A DNA stretch of 64,000 nt from Verrucomicrobiales bacterium (GCA_038145765.1 JAYQQG010000001.1:2081-66080); one strand, 5' to 3'. Positions 40,854 through 50,158 are shown, counted from the first letter of the stretch. Translations and numbers: made by a program. The notes: generated from the sequence alone by a model not told the origin.

Positions 40854-42153
40854 CGGGAATCTGGTCGAAGACAGTACCGTCCGGGCGCAGCCGCCACCAG
40901 CAGAATGCGGACGCGAGATAAAGCGCGCCAAAGAGTATGAGCACCTGATCCCAGTTCCCCGTGACCTTGATGATGGCACCGACCACAATGGGAAACAGCA
41001 ATGCACCGAGGTTGCCGAACATGTTCATGGTGGAAAACAACGTGGCCACGTGTTTGCCACCCATATCGATGGTAATGGTGTAACCCGCCGGCCCGGCCGT
41101 GCCGATAAAGAAGGCGCCGATGCCGATGAGCGTGATGGCCACCTTCGGGTCTTTTACAAAATAAGCCCCGGCCACCAGCGCGGTGCACATCAGCATGGAC
41201 ACAATGGACACGCCCTTGCGCGAGGCGGTGCGGCTGCCCGTACGGCGAAAGATGGCATCAACAATCCCACCGCCGACAAGGCTGCCGACCAACAACGGTA
41301 TTTGTGTGACCACGGTCGACATACCGGCTTCCACGAGATCCAAATCGTAACGCTCAATTAAAAACGTGGGAAACCATGTCATGAAAAACATCTGGCCGGC
41401 CGCCCGAAAAAACTGCTGCCCGCAGATCCAGCGCGTGGCCGGGCTGCGCAACACATCCCACCAGGTGCGTCGCTCGCCGGCGTCGGCGGAAGGTTTGGCC
41501 TTCGATTCAGCGATCAGCTTGGCTTCGGCGGCATTGACGGACGGATGCTCCTCTGGCCGATCCCGGAACCACCACCAGAATCCGACAGCCCACAGGATGC
41601 CCGGCAAACTGAAGATCGCAAACATCCACTGCCAACCCCATTTCGCTGTAAGGTACGCACCGGCGCCGGTGCCAATTATGGTGCCCAGCGTCATGAAGCT
41701 GGCGAGGCTGCCGTTGACCAGCGCCCGTTCACGCTCGGGAATCCATTTGGCGAACGTGTTAGTGCTGGCGGGAAATAGGCCGGCCTGTCCCACACCGTTG
41801 AACAATCGCGCGGCCACCAGCAACCAGAGGTTGGCCACCCCCGCCATGGCCGCCGTGGCCATGGACCAAATCACTGAGAACACAGGCAAACTCGACCGCG
41901 CCCCACGACGGTCGGTGAAATGGCCGGATGGAATCTGCAGCAGCGCGTAGGAAATTTGGAACGCACCCATGACCAGCCCCATTTGGAACGCGTCCAAGCC
42001 GAGGTCCTCACGAATCCCTTTCTCAGCCACGCTAAGGCTGTTACGGCAGATGTATGCGATGGTCGCCGCACCGCCGAGCCAGAGCAGCACTTTGTAGCGG
42101 GTCCAGGTCGGTTTGGAACAGGGATGGGCAGGATGTTCAGGATTCATTTTCAA
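40837..42153 (-). CDS. MFS transporter, anionic sugar-acid (hexuronate/galactonate/glucarate) porter-like
   Basis: 438 aa with about 12 predicted hydrophobic segments. The N-terminal region YKVLLWLGGAATIAYICRNSLSVAEKGIREDLGL...GHFTDRRGAR is typical of ACS-family MFS porters. Confidence 0.8.
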   Translation of the reverse strand: MKMNPEHPAHPCSKPTWTRYKVLLWLGGAATIAYICRNSLSVAEKGIREDLGLDAFQMGLVMGAFQISYALLQIPSGHFTDRRGARSSLPVFSVIWSMATAAMAGVANLWLLVAARLFNGVGQAGLFPASTNTFAKWIPERERALVNGSLASFMTLGTIIGTGAGAYLTAKWGWQWMFAIFSLPGILWAVGFWWWFRDRPEEHPSVNAAEAKLIAESKAKPSADAGERRTWWDVLRSPATRWICGQQFFRAAGQMFFMTWFPTFLIERYDLDLVEAGMSTVVTQIPLLVGSLVGGGIVDAIFRRTGSRTASRKGVSIVSMLMCTALVAGAYFVKDPKVAITLIGIGAFFIGTAGPAGYTITIDMGGKHVATLFSTMNMFGNLGALLFPIVVGAIIKVTGNWDQVLILFGALYLASAFCWWRLRPDGTVFDQIPDANAR

Positions 42154-42188
42154 AACTCATCCTGCACATCGTGAGTATCCCTGTTAGT

Positions 42189-43601
42189 TCAAACGAGGAT
42201 GTCCTTGATCACGTGGCCGAAATCCATCTCGAGGCGCTTGTGGGCGGGCACTTCCATGCGCTCGGGCTCGAGGCCGAGCTGGTGAAGGAGGGTGGCGTGC
42301 ACATCGGTGACGTAGTGGGGATGTTCCTCGGTGTGAAAGCCGATCTCGTCGGTGGTGCCGTGGGTCACGCCGCCGCGGATGCCGCCGCCGGCCATCCACA
42401 CGCTGAAGCCGTACGGATGATGATCGCGCCCGTTGGCCCCTTGCGAACCCGGGGTACGACCAAACTCGGTGGCAAAGACGACAAGCGTTTCGTCGAGCAG
42501 CCCCCGTGACTTGAGGTCTTTCAGCAAACCGGCCACGGGACGGTCGACCTGCATGGCAAGCTCGGAATGTTTGGCCTTGAGGTTGGAATGCTGATCCCAC
42601 GCACCTGCCGCGCCGGCGCCGTGCATGATCTGGATAAACCGCACGCCGCGTTCCACAAACCGGCGGGCCGCCAGCAGTTGCTGGCCGAATGAGCGTGTTT
42701 GGTTTTGGTCGAACCCGTACAGCTTTTTGGTTGCCTCGGTTTCGGCATCAAAATTCACCACACCGGGCACACTGGTCTGCATGCGGTAGGCCAGCTCGTA
42801 GGACTTGATGCGCGCCTCAAGCCGGGCGTCGTTCGGATAACGTCCCTGACTCAGGCGATTGAGCCGGTTGACCAGCCCGAAGCCGAGCCGCTGCTCCTCA
42901 GCGGTGAGATCGCCCTCGGGCTTGGCGTAGTCGAGCGGATTGCGCGGATCGATCTTCAGCCGCACCTCATCGTAAGCCGGCCCGAGGTAATGGCCGTCGC
43001 TGCGGTCAAAGTAACGCGGGCCCATGCCGATGAACTGCGGGAGATTTTCGTTCAACGTGCCGAGGCCCCAATTCACCCACGCGCCGATGGTCGGCACACG
43101 CGGATCGAGCATGTGTCGGCCGGAATGAAACTGCACCTGCGCACCGTGATTATCATCGGTCGTCCACATCGATCGGATAACCGCGATATCATCAATGCAG
43201 CCGCCGATGTGCGGGAACCAATCGCTCACCTCGATGCCGCTTTGGCCGTATTTTTTGTAGCCAACCTGCAGCGGGTAGAGCTTGTTGCGCTGCTGGCCGT
43301 TCGCGTCATTCACCACCACCACACGCACCTTCTTCAGCCGGTCGCGATCCTGCACGTATTTGAACCGTGTCTCGCCAATTGATTTGCCCGCCAGCTGGTT
43401 GAGCATCGGCTTCGGATCAAAACTCTCCATGTGGCTCACGCCACCGCGCATGAAAAGCCAGATCACACTCTTCGCCTTGGGCGCAAAATGCACGAGACCA
43501 TTCACGCCACTCTCGCCGCCGCGCAGCATCGAACCCAGCGCCAGACTGCCAAAGCCTAGCCCGGCGCGACCCAAGAATAATCTGCGGTTCAGGTCCATCA
43601 T
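42189..43601 (-). CDS. DUF1501 family protein
   Basis: 470 aa with the motifs [55 protein letters not shown] and GRDHHP. Confidence 0.9.
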   Translation of the reverse strand: MMDLNRRLFLGRAGLGFGSLALGSMLRGGESGVNGLVHFAPKAKSVIWLFMRGGVSHMESFDPKPMLNQLAGKSIGETRFKYVQDRDRLKKVRVVVVNDANGQQRNKLYPLQVGYKKYGQSGIEVSDWFPHIGGCIDDIAVIRSMWTTDDNHGAQVQFHSGRHMLDPRVPTIGAWVNWGLGTLNENLPQFIGMGPRYFDRSDGHYLGPAYDEVRLKIDPRNPLDYAKPEGDLTAEEQRLGFGLVNRLNRLSQGRYPNDARLEARIKSYELAYRMQTSVPGVVNFDAETEATKKLYGFDQNQTRSFGQQLLAARRFVERGVRFIQIMHGAGAAGAWDQHSNLKAKHSELAMQVDRPVAGLLKDLKSRGLLDETLVVFATEFGRTPGSQGANGRDHHPYGFSVWMAGGGIRGGVTHGTTDEIGFHTEEHPHYVTDVHATLLHQLGLEPERMEVPAHKRLEMDFGHVIKDILV

Positions 43602-46600
43602 TTATCTGACTGAAACAAAGTCATTATGATTCAACAAGGCATGCACCAATCCGCGCCTCGCCCGTTGTGCCACATTCCCCTTCCCCGCCTTCTTCGCAAC
43701 CGACTCCAATTCCTTCAACGTCGCCAAACATGCCCCCTTCTCCTCCGCATCCGGCTTACGCCCCAGCAACAGCAAAAACACCCGATCCACAAACGCCGCC
43801 TCTCCCTCTCCCCCCCTCTCCCTCTCTTCAATCCTCCCGGCCATTTCAATGGCGAGTTTGCTGTTAGAGAGCGCGAGGGCTTGTTGGGGAACGATGCTTT
43901 CGGTGCGGCGGTAACATTGCAGGTGATCGGCGTCGTTGAACATTTTCAACAGCTTATCCTGCTGATCGCGGGAGTGTTTGAAATACAGGCTGCGCCGGCG
44001 CACGGCATCGCCGGGGTTGAGCGACGGCCCGCCGAGTTGCGGATCGAGCACGCCCGCCAGGTGCAACAGACTGTCGCGCACCACCTGCGCCTCCATGCGG
44101 CGGGTGTTCATGCGCCAGTAGGAATGGTTGTTCGGATCAGCGGCAAGCGTTTTGGCGTCCGCGCCGGCGGTGGTGGTGCGGCGTTGATAGGTTCGTGAAG
44201 TGACAATGAGCCGATGCAGCCGGCGGAAGCTCCAGCCGTTGGCCATGAAATCCGCCGCAAGATGATCGAGCAACAGCTGCTGCGCGGGCGGCTTGGCGCG
44301 CAGGCCAAAGTCGTCCACCGTCTCCACCAGCGGCTCGCCAAAATGCCGCACCCAAACATGGTTCACCGCCACGCGGGCGGTCAGCGGATTCTTGGGCGAC
44401 GTAATCCATTGCGCCAAGGCCGTGCGTCGGCCGGTGCTGGTGGCGGGATACACGGTCGGATACTGGCCTTCATTGTGCGCCGGCGTCTCAAGCGCCTTCT
44501 TGGCCGCCCGCAATGGCGTAAAACTGCCCTTGCCCTGATCGGCTTCCGTGAGCTTCTTGTAGCCATTGGCAATCTTCGTGCGGGCCGCGTTGACCTTCTT
44601 ACCGTCCTTGGCAAACGCCTTCAGCTCGTATTCGCCCGCCGCCTTCAGGGCCAACGCCTCGGCGCGCGCGGCGGCTTGGGTGGCTTTCTGAAACGCGACC
44701 GTATCCCCACGCGCATTCTCGGCGGCGAACATCGCCTCCAACGAAGCCACCTTGGCGGCGGCGGCGGCGAGCTTGGCTTCGCTGATTTCCACCGAACTGG
44801 TAGGCTTCACTTCCGGCACGGCATTCTTGGCCTCGGCCAGTTTCATGGCGGCGGGCAGCGATTTGATTTGGATGTCATCAAACGCCACCGTCGCATCGAA
44901 GCCGGACAACTCCAGCCGCCCGCCGGTTTGGCGATCGGGCAGTTGGTAGGCGATTTGAAACTTGCTGTTGAGCCACACATTCACCAGCCGATCGCGCACG
45001 GCGAGGCGAAGCGTGTACGGCTTGCCGATCTCGATGGGCTGCGCCACAAGGCCGTCAGGCGGATAAGTGCTCGTGCCGCCGCGTGTGTATGCCACGTGCA
45101 GCTTCGGGCCAGGCGAGTGGGCGCTGGTGTACACGTAGTTCGCATACTTGCGGTCAGCCGAAACATCAAAGCGGAAGGTCACCGATCGATAAATGCTGCC
45201 ACCGGTGTGCGTATAGCGGCAGGTCAACTCAAAATCGCGCGGCAATTTCTGGCGCAGCGCCAAGCGCTCGGCATCGCGCGTGGCCGTGGTTTGCTGGGCC
45301 GCGCCCTTCTCGAACTTCCAACCGTTGCCAATCACCTCCCACAACTGGTCGTTGCGTTTGGCGAAATCATCGTGAACGGCAAACGGTGGCGCGGGTTTGG
45401 GCGCCGTCGGTTTTGGCTTCGGCTTGGGTTTTTCTTTTGGCGCATTGGCGGCCAGTTTGCGCGCTTCATCCAATTCCTTTTGCGCCGCGACCACGGCGGC
45501 CTTGGCGGCGGCGAGATGGTCGTTGCGCACATAATCGCGCGCGGCCGGGGCGTAGGCGTACACGGGCAAGGGCACCGGCTTGATCGGCGGCGCAAAGCTG
45601 GCCAGCACCGCCGGCACACCCGGCTCCAGCGCGCGGTTGGTGTCGGGTGTCTTGGGATCGCCCCGCAAATGAAGGTGCGTCTTGATATCGAGATGATTGT
45701 CGAACACGCGCGGCAGGCCGTCTTTTTCAAAATCGGTCACGCCCGGCATTGGATCGAGGCGCACCTGATGCGGTTCAAAGATGGCGCGGAAGCGATAGTA
45801 GTCCTCGTGCGTGAGCGGATCGTATTTGTGATCGTGACACTTGGCGCAGTTGAGCGTGAGGCCGACGAACGCCTTGCCGGTGTGCTCAATGGTGGCGTCG
45901 AGCCAGGTGGTGCGGTTGAAGAGATAATAATTGCGCGCGAGAAAACCCGTGGCCCGCAGCGCATTGGGATCAGTCGGTGCCAGCTCATCCGCAGCGAGCA
46001 TTTCCTGGATCATGCGATCGTAGCCCTTGTCGGCATTGAGCGATTCCACAATCCAATCGCGCCAATGCCAAATGTGCTTCTGGCTGTTGCGCAGTTGCGC
46101 GCCGAGCCCGTACCAGTCGGTGTAGCGCCAGATATCCATCCAGTGGCGCCCCCAGCGTTCGCCGTGATGCGGGCTCTTGAGGAGTTCATCGACAATCACC
46201 TCCCACGGACGCGTATCGGCCAATTGCGCGCGCGTGGGCGGCAGGCCGATGAGGTCGAGATACAATCGGCGCAAACGAATCGTACGCTCGGCAATGGGCT
46301 GCGCCTTGAGCCCGCGCCCCGAGCGGGCATCCTCAAGCAGGACATCGATGACATTGCCCGCATCGCCCGGCAGCTTGACGGGTTGCGGCACTTGAAACGC
46401 CCAATGCGCGCGTGGATCCGCCTCGGCGGTTTCATTTGCGGGCACCGGCGCCCCGGCGGCAATCCACTCGCGAATCGCCGCAATCTCCGCCGGCTTCAAC
46501 GGTGCCCCCTCCGGCGGCATGCGCTCGTCCGCGTCCGCCGCCGTCAATCGCGCCAGCAACTCGCTTTCGCCCGGCTTGCCAACCGCCAACACATCCTCGC

Positions 46601-46781
46601 CCTTCGCCCCCTTGCGCAGATTCGCCGCCGAGTCCACCCGCAACCCCGCCTTCTGCTTCAAAGCCCCATGGCACGCATAACACCGCGCCTTAAGCACCGG
46701 CTTGATGTCACGCAGGTAATCAACGGCGGAAGCCGGAAAAGTTCCAACTCCCAGAACGGCGATGAACAACAGATGTTTCAC
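43602..46781 (-). CDS. PSCyt1 + DUF1549 + inserted LamG/DUF1080-like beta-sandwich + DUF1553 protein
   Basis: 1059 aa with the motifs CYACHGALKQKAGLRVD, SPHHGERWGRHWMDIWRY, LNCAKCHDHKYDP, a KEKPKPKPKPTAPKPAPP linker and NHVWVRHFG. An insert of about 180 aa follows the linker (WEVIGNGWKFEKG...FELTCRYTH...VNVWLNSK...FDDIQIKSL). Confidence 0.85.
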   Translation of the reverse strand: MKHLLFIAVLGVGTFPASAVDYLRDIKPVLKARCYACHGALKQKAGLRVDSAANLRKGAKGEDVLAVGKPGESELLARLTAADADERMPPEGAPLKPAEIAAIREWIAAGAPVPANETAEADPRAHWAFQVPQPVKLPGDAGNVIDVLLEDARSGRGLKAQPIAERTIRLRRLYLDLIGLPPTRAQLADTRPWEVIVDELLKSPHHGERWGRHWMDIWRYTDWYGLGAQLRNSQKHIWHWRDWIVESLNADKGYDRMIQEMLAADELAPTDPNALRATGFLARNYYLFNRTTWLDATIEHTGKAFVGLTLNCAKCHDHKYDPLTHEDYYRFRAIFEPHQVRLDPMPGVTDFEKDGLPRVFDNHLDIKTHLHLRGDPKTPDTNRALEPGVPAVLASFAPPIKPVPLPVYAYAPAARDYVRNDHLAAAKAAVVAAQKELDEARKLAANAPKEKPKPKPKPTAPKPAPPFAVHDDFAKRNDQLWEVIGNGWKFEKGAAQQTTATRDAERLALRQKLPRDFELTCRYTHTGGSIYRSVTFRFDVSADRKYANYVYTSAHSPGPKLHVAYTRGGTSTYPPDGLVAQPIEIGKPYTLRLAVRDRLVNVWLNSKFQIAYQLPDRQTGGRLELSGFDATVAFDDIQIKSLPAAMKLAEAKNAVPEVKPTSSVEISEAKLAAAAAKVASLEAMFAAENARGDTVAFQKATQAAARAEALALKAAGEYELKAFAKDGKKVNAARTKIANGYKKLTEADQGKGSFTPLRAAKKALETPAHNEGQYPTVYPATSTGRRTALAQWITSPKNPLTARVAVNHVWVRHFGEPLVETVDDFGLRAKPPAQQLLLDHLAADFMANGWSFRRLHRLIVTSRTYQRRTTTAGADAKTLAADPNNHSYWRMNTRRMEAQVVRDSLLHLAGVLDPQLGGPSLNPGDAVRRRSLYFKHSRDQQDKLLKMFNDADHLQCYRRTESIVPQQALALSNSKLAIEMAGRIEERERGGEGEAAFVDRVFLLLLGRKPDAEEKGACLATLKELESVAKKAGKGNVAQRARRGLVHALLNHNDFVSVR

Positions 46782-46819
46782 GCGAGGCTGATTTTCCCAT
46801 CATGCGCGTGGCTGGGCCA

Positions 46820-47635
46820 CTAAAAAACGAAACCGAGACTGAACTTGAAGACATCGCCGTTGCCGTGATCGAGCACGCCTTGGCGGTCGTACAAATCGTG
46901 TTTCAATTCGAGGCGGAAATGGGCCGTGTCATTAATGTTCCAGTACAACGCCGGGCCGGAAGACAGAGTTTCGGAACCATCATCTTCGTAATGAAAATCG
47001 GTTTCCCACATGAGGGCCCCATTGGAACCCCAAGCGTTAAAGTTATAGCCGAGATCCAGCGAAGACCAGGATTCAAACGGTTCATTCCCGTGATACACCC
47101 AGCCGCTGGTGCTCACATGAAAATGGAACTTGGAGGTCTCGCTCTCGTAAGCCAGCCCCAGGCCGTTGCCCCATTCGTTATCATAGATTTCATATTCGTC
47201 CGTACCGGCAAACGGCATGCGCACCATTGGCTTGAAGGTCCAAGAACCGCTTCTCCCATCGAGGTTAAAATATTTTTTCAACGGCAACGCAAACGTCGCA
47301 TCTCCGATACCGTTGTCGTGCTCCACACGCTTGCCGCCCAGCCCGTCGGGCATCTCACGTCGGGCATCGAGTACATACGGCAGCTTGGCGGTGAAGCGGA
47401 TGGATTTGTCCCATGTGTACACACCCTGAAAATGCAGCAGATGCACATCCTCGGTAAACCCAGCATAAGCCTTCCGATCCTCCTCCAATAGGTCGCGTTC
47501 GAATCGGTACTCCTCGATGAATTGAAACCCCCAACCATCATCCCAGCGGGGCATCATGTTCATGATGGGTTCATCCGCCGTCAGGCGAGTCGCCAACAGA
47601 AGAACTGGCAACAGCGTGAATAATTTTCGAATCAT
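46820..47635 (-). CDS. Outer-membrane beta-barrel protein (MetA/phenol-degradation-pathway-like transporter family)
   Basis: 271 aa with a signal peptide and alternating aromatic/polar strands. The C-terminus ...FKFSLGFVF ends in Phe, a typical OMP signature. The ATG overlaps the upstream stop (ATGA). Confidence 0.6.
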   Translation of the reverse strand: MIRKLFTLLPVLLLATRLTADEPIMNMMPRWDDGWGFQFIEEYRFERDLLEEDRKAYAGFTEDVHLLHFQGVYTWDKSIRFTAKLPYVLDARREMPDGLGGKRVEHDNGIGDATFALPLKKYFNLDGRSGSWTFKPMVRMPFAGTDEYEIYDNEWGNGLGLAYESETSKFHFHVSTSGWVYHGNEPFESWSSLDLGYNFNAWGSNGALMWETDFHYEDDGSETLSSGPALYWNINDTAHFRLELKHDLYDRQGVLDHGNGDVFKFSLGFVF

Positions 47636-48048
47636 TCGGCCACCTTGAGGAACGGATGCACCTTTAACTCATCCATTTCCAACGAAAACCATTCCACCGC
47701 CACATAACCGGCGTTATCGATCTGCTGATCGATCAATGCCCAATTCGGTTTCGCGTCCGCCTTCAGGGCCACAGTCAGCAACTGATGATTCACGTCCATG
47801 TCCACGCCACGTTTGAAACGGTTGCGGTCCACGAACTCCAACTTGCTCAGCTTCACACGGATGCCGATGGCGCAGGACGCTCACGTCATGCCTTTGACAT
47901 ACAGGAGGGCGACTTGTTCCTTGGCTTTTAGCTGGCCGGTCGCAACTTTGGCGCGCACCTCGCGACTGACTTCCGGTACGCCATCGGCCGCCAATCCAAT
48001 CCCGGGTAGGCCCAAAACGCACACCACCATCCATATTCTCAACAGCAT
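47632..48048 (-). CDS. Secreted heavy-metal-associated (HMA) domain protein whose frame contains an in-frame TGA (47881-47883) at the first Cys of the GMTCxxC motif
   Basis: ORFs 47881-48063 and 47632-47856 are in the same frame. Joined, they read MLLRIWMVVCVLGLPGIGLAADG...QVALLYVKGMT-TGA-ASCAIGIRVKLSKLEFVDRNRFKRGVDMDVNHQLLTVALKADAKPNWALIDQQIDNAGY..., a complete ferredoxin-like HMA domain. The start is ATG 48048 or GTG 48063. Confidence 0.65.
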
Positions 48049-48099
48049 GAGTTGAGCATACACAAAATTGACCCACCCGCAAATTGATTTGCCCGAGTG

Positions 48100-49530
48100 C
48101 TACCTGTTCAAGTCATTATCGCGAATCGCCGCCAGCTTTGCTGCCATTTGTTTCCGGAAACGGGCGACGGTTTTGGCGTGGGCGGGTTTGCTGGCGAGGT
48201 TGGTGTATTGGCGCGGGTCGGTTTTGATGTGGTATAGCTCGGTACCGTTCTGGCCCTGCTCGCCGTAGTGGATGAAGGCCCAGTCGTCCTCGCGCAGCAG
48301 AAAGCCCTTGCGCATGGGCGCCACGGAAAAGGCGGCGGTGCGGACGGTGTGGGTGGGATCCTGCAGCATCGGGGAGATGTCCTTGCCCTGCAGGCGGGCT
48401 TGGGCGGGCAGTCCACACATCGCGGCGAGCGTGGGATAGAGATCCAGCAATTCCACCAGCGAATGGCACACGGTCGGCTTTTGGCCGGGCACACTGATGA
48501 TGAGGGGCACCTGCGAGGATTCATCGAGCAAACTCACCTTGGCCCAGAAATCATGTTCGCCGAGATGAAAGCCATGGTCACTGGTGAAAATGACAATCGT
48601 GTTGTCCGCCTGGCCGGATTGTTTCAGCGCCGCCATCACCTTGCCCACTTGCGCATCCAAAAACGCCACCGACGCGTAATAGCCGCCGACCGCTTTCTTC
48701 TGTTTGCGGATGTCCATCTGCATGTTCACGCTGGTGCAGTAGTTGATGCCCGGCTTGGGGATGTCGTCCCAGTCGCCCTCGATCTTGGGCGGCAGTTTCA
48801 TTTTGGAATAAGGCAGGAACGGTTCGTAATATTTTTTCGGCGCGACAAACGGCACATGCGGCCGCACGAATCCGACACCAAGAAAAAACGGTTTGTCCTG
48901 CTTGGCAAACTTTCCGATCAACTCCGCTGCTTTCACCGCCGTCTTGCCGTCCGAATGCACGAGATCATCGCCCTCGGCTTCCACCACCACAAAGGTATTG
49001 CCGCCCACCACCGGCCGTTTGCCATCGGCATTGCGCTGCAGCGTCTCGCCGTTGCCCGGCGCGCGCCATTCCGGACCCTTGCTGTTGTAGCGCTCGTGCC
49101 ATGAGGCCGCGTCATCCGCGCCATGTCCGCCCTGCTCGATGCCGCCGGGCACGCCCATGTGATAAATTTTGCTTACGCGCGCGGCGTGATAGCCGTGGTT
49201 CATGAAATGCTGGCTCCACGTGGCGCGATCGCCGATCTGCGACCGCGGGCTCCGGTAGCCCAGCACGCCGGTCGCATGCGGATAATACCCGCTCATGAAC
49301 GACGCCCGCGACGGCCCGCAGTAGGTGCCCTGACAATACGCCCGCGTAAACCGCGTACCCTGCGCCGCGATGGCATCGATATTCGGCGTCTTGCAAATTT
49401 TGTTTCCGTAACACGACAACGCCGTGGAGGTGAGGTCATCAGAGATGATGAACAGCACGTTGTATTTTTTCGCCGCCTGAACAGAGAACGTCCATGCGAA
49501 CAGAAGAACAAAAATCAAATTAAACCGCAT
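48100..49530 (-). CDS. Cys-type sulfatase (iduronate-2-sulfatase-like)
   Basis: 476 aa with a signal peptide and the motifs YNVLFIISDDL, YCGPSRASFMSGYYPHA, FLGVGFVRPHVPFVAP, FTSDHGFHLGEHDFWAK and ELYHIKTDPRQYTN. Confidence 0.9.
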   Translation of the reverse strand: MRFNLIFVLLFAWTFSVQAAKKYNVLFIISDDLTSTALSCYGNKICKTPNIDAIAAQGTRFTRAYCQGTYCGPSRASFMSGYYPHATGVLGYRSPRSQIGDRATWSQHFMNHGYHAARVSKIYHMGVPGGIEQGGHGADDAASWHERYNSKGPEWRAPGNGETLQRNADGKRPVVGGNTFVVVEAEGDDLVHSDGKTAVKAAELIGKFAKQDKPFFLGVGFVRPHVPFVAPKKYYEPFLPYSKMKLPPKIEGDWDDIPKPGINYCTSVNMQMDIRKQKKAVGGYYASVAFLDAQVGKVMAALKQSGQADNTIVIFTSDHGFHLGEHDFWAKVSLLDESSQVPLIISVPGQKPTVCHSLVELLDLYPTLAAMCGLPAQARLQGKDISPMLQDPTHTVRTAAFSVAPMRKGFLLREDDWAFIHYGEQGQNGTELYHIKTDPRQYTNLASKPAHAKTVARFRKQMAAKLAAIRDNDLNR

Positions 49531-49586
49531 TCCGGAAAACTAGGAAGACCTTGTCCCGCAGTCAAGGGAGTCGGCCCTTTGCCGAT

Positions 49587-49910
49587 TCAATCCACTCCCA
49601 AGAATGCCTCCAACCGTTCTTGGCTGGCGGAATGCAGAATGGTCAACACCTGCAATGGGCCGGCATCAATCAAGCGGTGAATGATGTAATGCCGACCGGA
49701 CCGCCAATACAACAGCGCTGGTTCACCCATCCCCATCAATCGCGCACACGGTCGACCAGTCAACTCGCCACTCGCCAAACGTTCGATCGTCCGCTCAATT
49801 TCGGAAGTGTAATGATCTGCCTGCACCTCGCCCCACTCCGCCTCGGTGTAATGCCAAATCTCCACGAGATCGGCCACCGCCTGTGGCGTGAGCTGGTAAC
49901 ACGGATTCAT
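49587..49910 (-). CDS. parE: Type II toxin, ParE family
   Basis: 107 aa with the pattern LTPQAVADLVEIWHYTEAEWGEVQADHY...YWRSGRHYIIHRL...LQVLTILHSA. It overlaps the upstream antitoxin gene by 4 nt. Confidence 0.8.
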   Translation of the reverse strand: MNPCYQLTPQAVADLVEIWHYTEAEWGEVQADHYTSEIERTIERLASGELTGRPCARLMGMGEPALLYWRSGRHYIIHRLIDAGPLQVLTILHSASQERLEAFLGVD

Positions 49911-50158
49911 TTGGCCGCTTTCACCGCGGCAATAATGTCCGACACCCTGCCTTCCACAAACTCACCCCGATCCGCCTGCGCCAGCCCATGCTGAATGCGC
50001 CCGCGCCACTCCGCTTCTTCGCCCGCCCCTTCGCGCTCCACCATCAAGCGCAAGGCCGCCCGCACCACTTCACTGGAGTTGCCATACAACCCCGTGCTCA
50101 CTTTCTTTTTCACCAAATCCGCCAATTCCGGAGTCAGCGACACATTCATAGTCGGCAT
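49907..50158 (-). CDS. parD: Type II antitoxin, ParD (ribbon-helix-helix) family
   Basis: The start MPTMNVSLTPELADLVKKKVSTGLYGNSSEVVRAALRLMVERE (ATG at 50158) matches the ParD pattern (VSL....F....V..G.Y.S.SEVVR..LRLL). Confidence 0.8.
   Translation of the reverse strand: MPTMNVSLTPELADLVKKKVSTGLYGNSSEVVRAALRLMVEREGAGEEAEWRGRIQHGLAQADRGEFVEGRVSDIIAAVKAAK

Noticed and set aside
47824-47880. A convincing bacterial SECIS element downstream of the HMA TGA.
   Set aside because: By eye I find only short AU- and GU-containing stems with bulges. I cannot compute folding energies, so I do not claim a SECIS. The selenocysteine idea is kept as a hypothesis only.
15584-47883. Possibility that the two in-frame TGAs (antitoxin at 15584-15586, HMA at 47881-47883) reflect genome-wide TGA reassignment (for example to Trp or Gly).
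   Set aside because: Many well-supported genes in the window terminate at TGA at the expected family C-terminus. They often do so in TGATG/ATGA overlaps with the next gene (12360, 22018, 24216, 47632). The GC-rich composition is also unlike known TGA-recoding lineages.
48064-48099. Direct repeat AAATTGA-N11-AAATTGA upstream of the HMA gene as an operator.
   Set aside because: There are only two 7-nt copies in a short spacer, which is easily produced by chance. No second occurrence appears elsewhere in the window.
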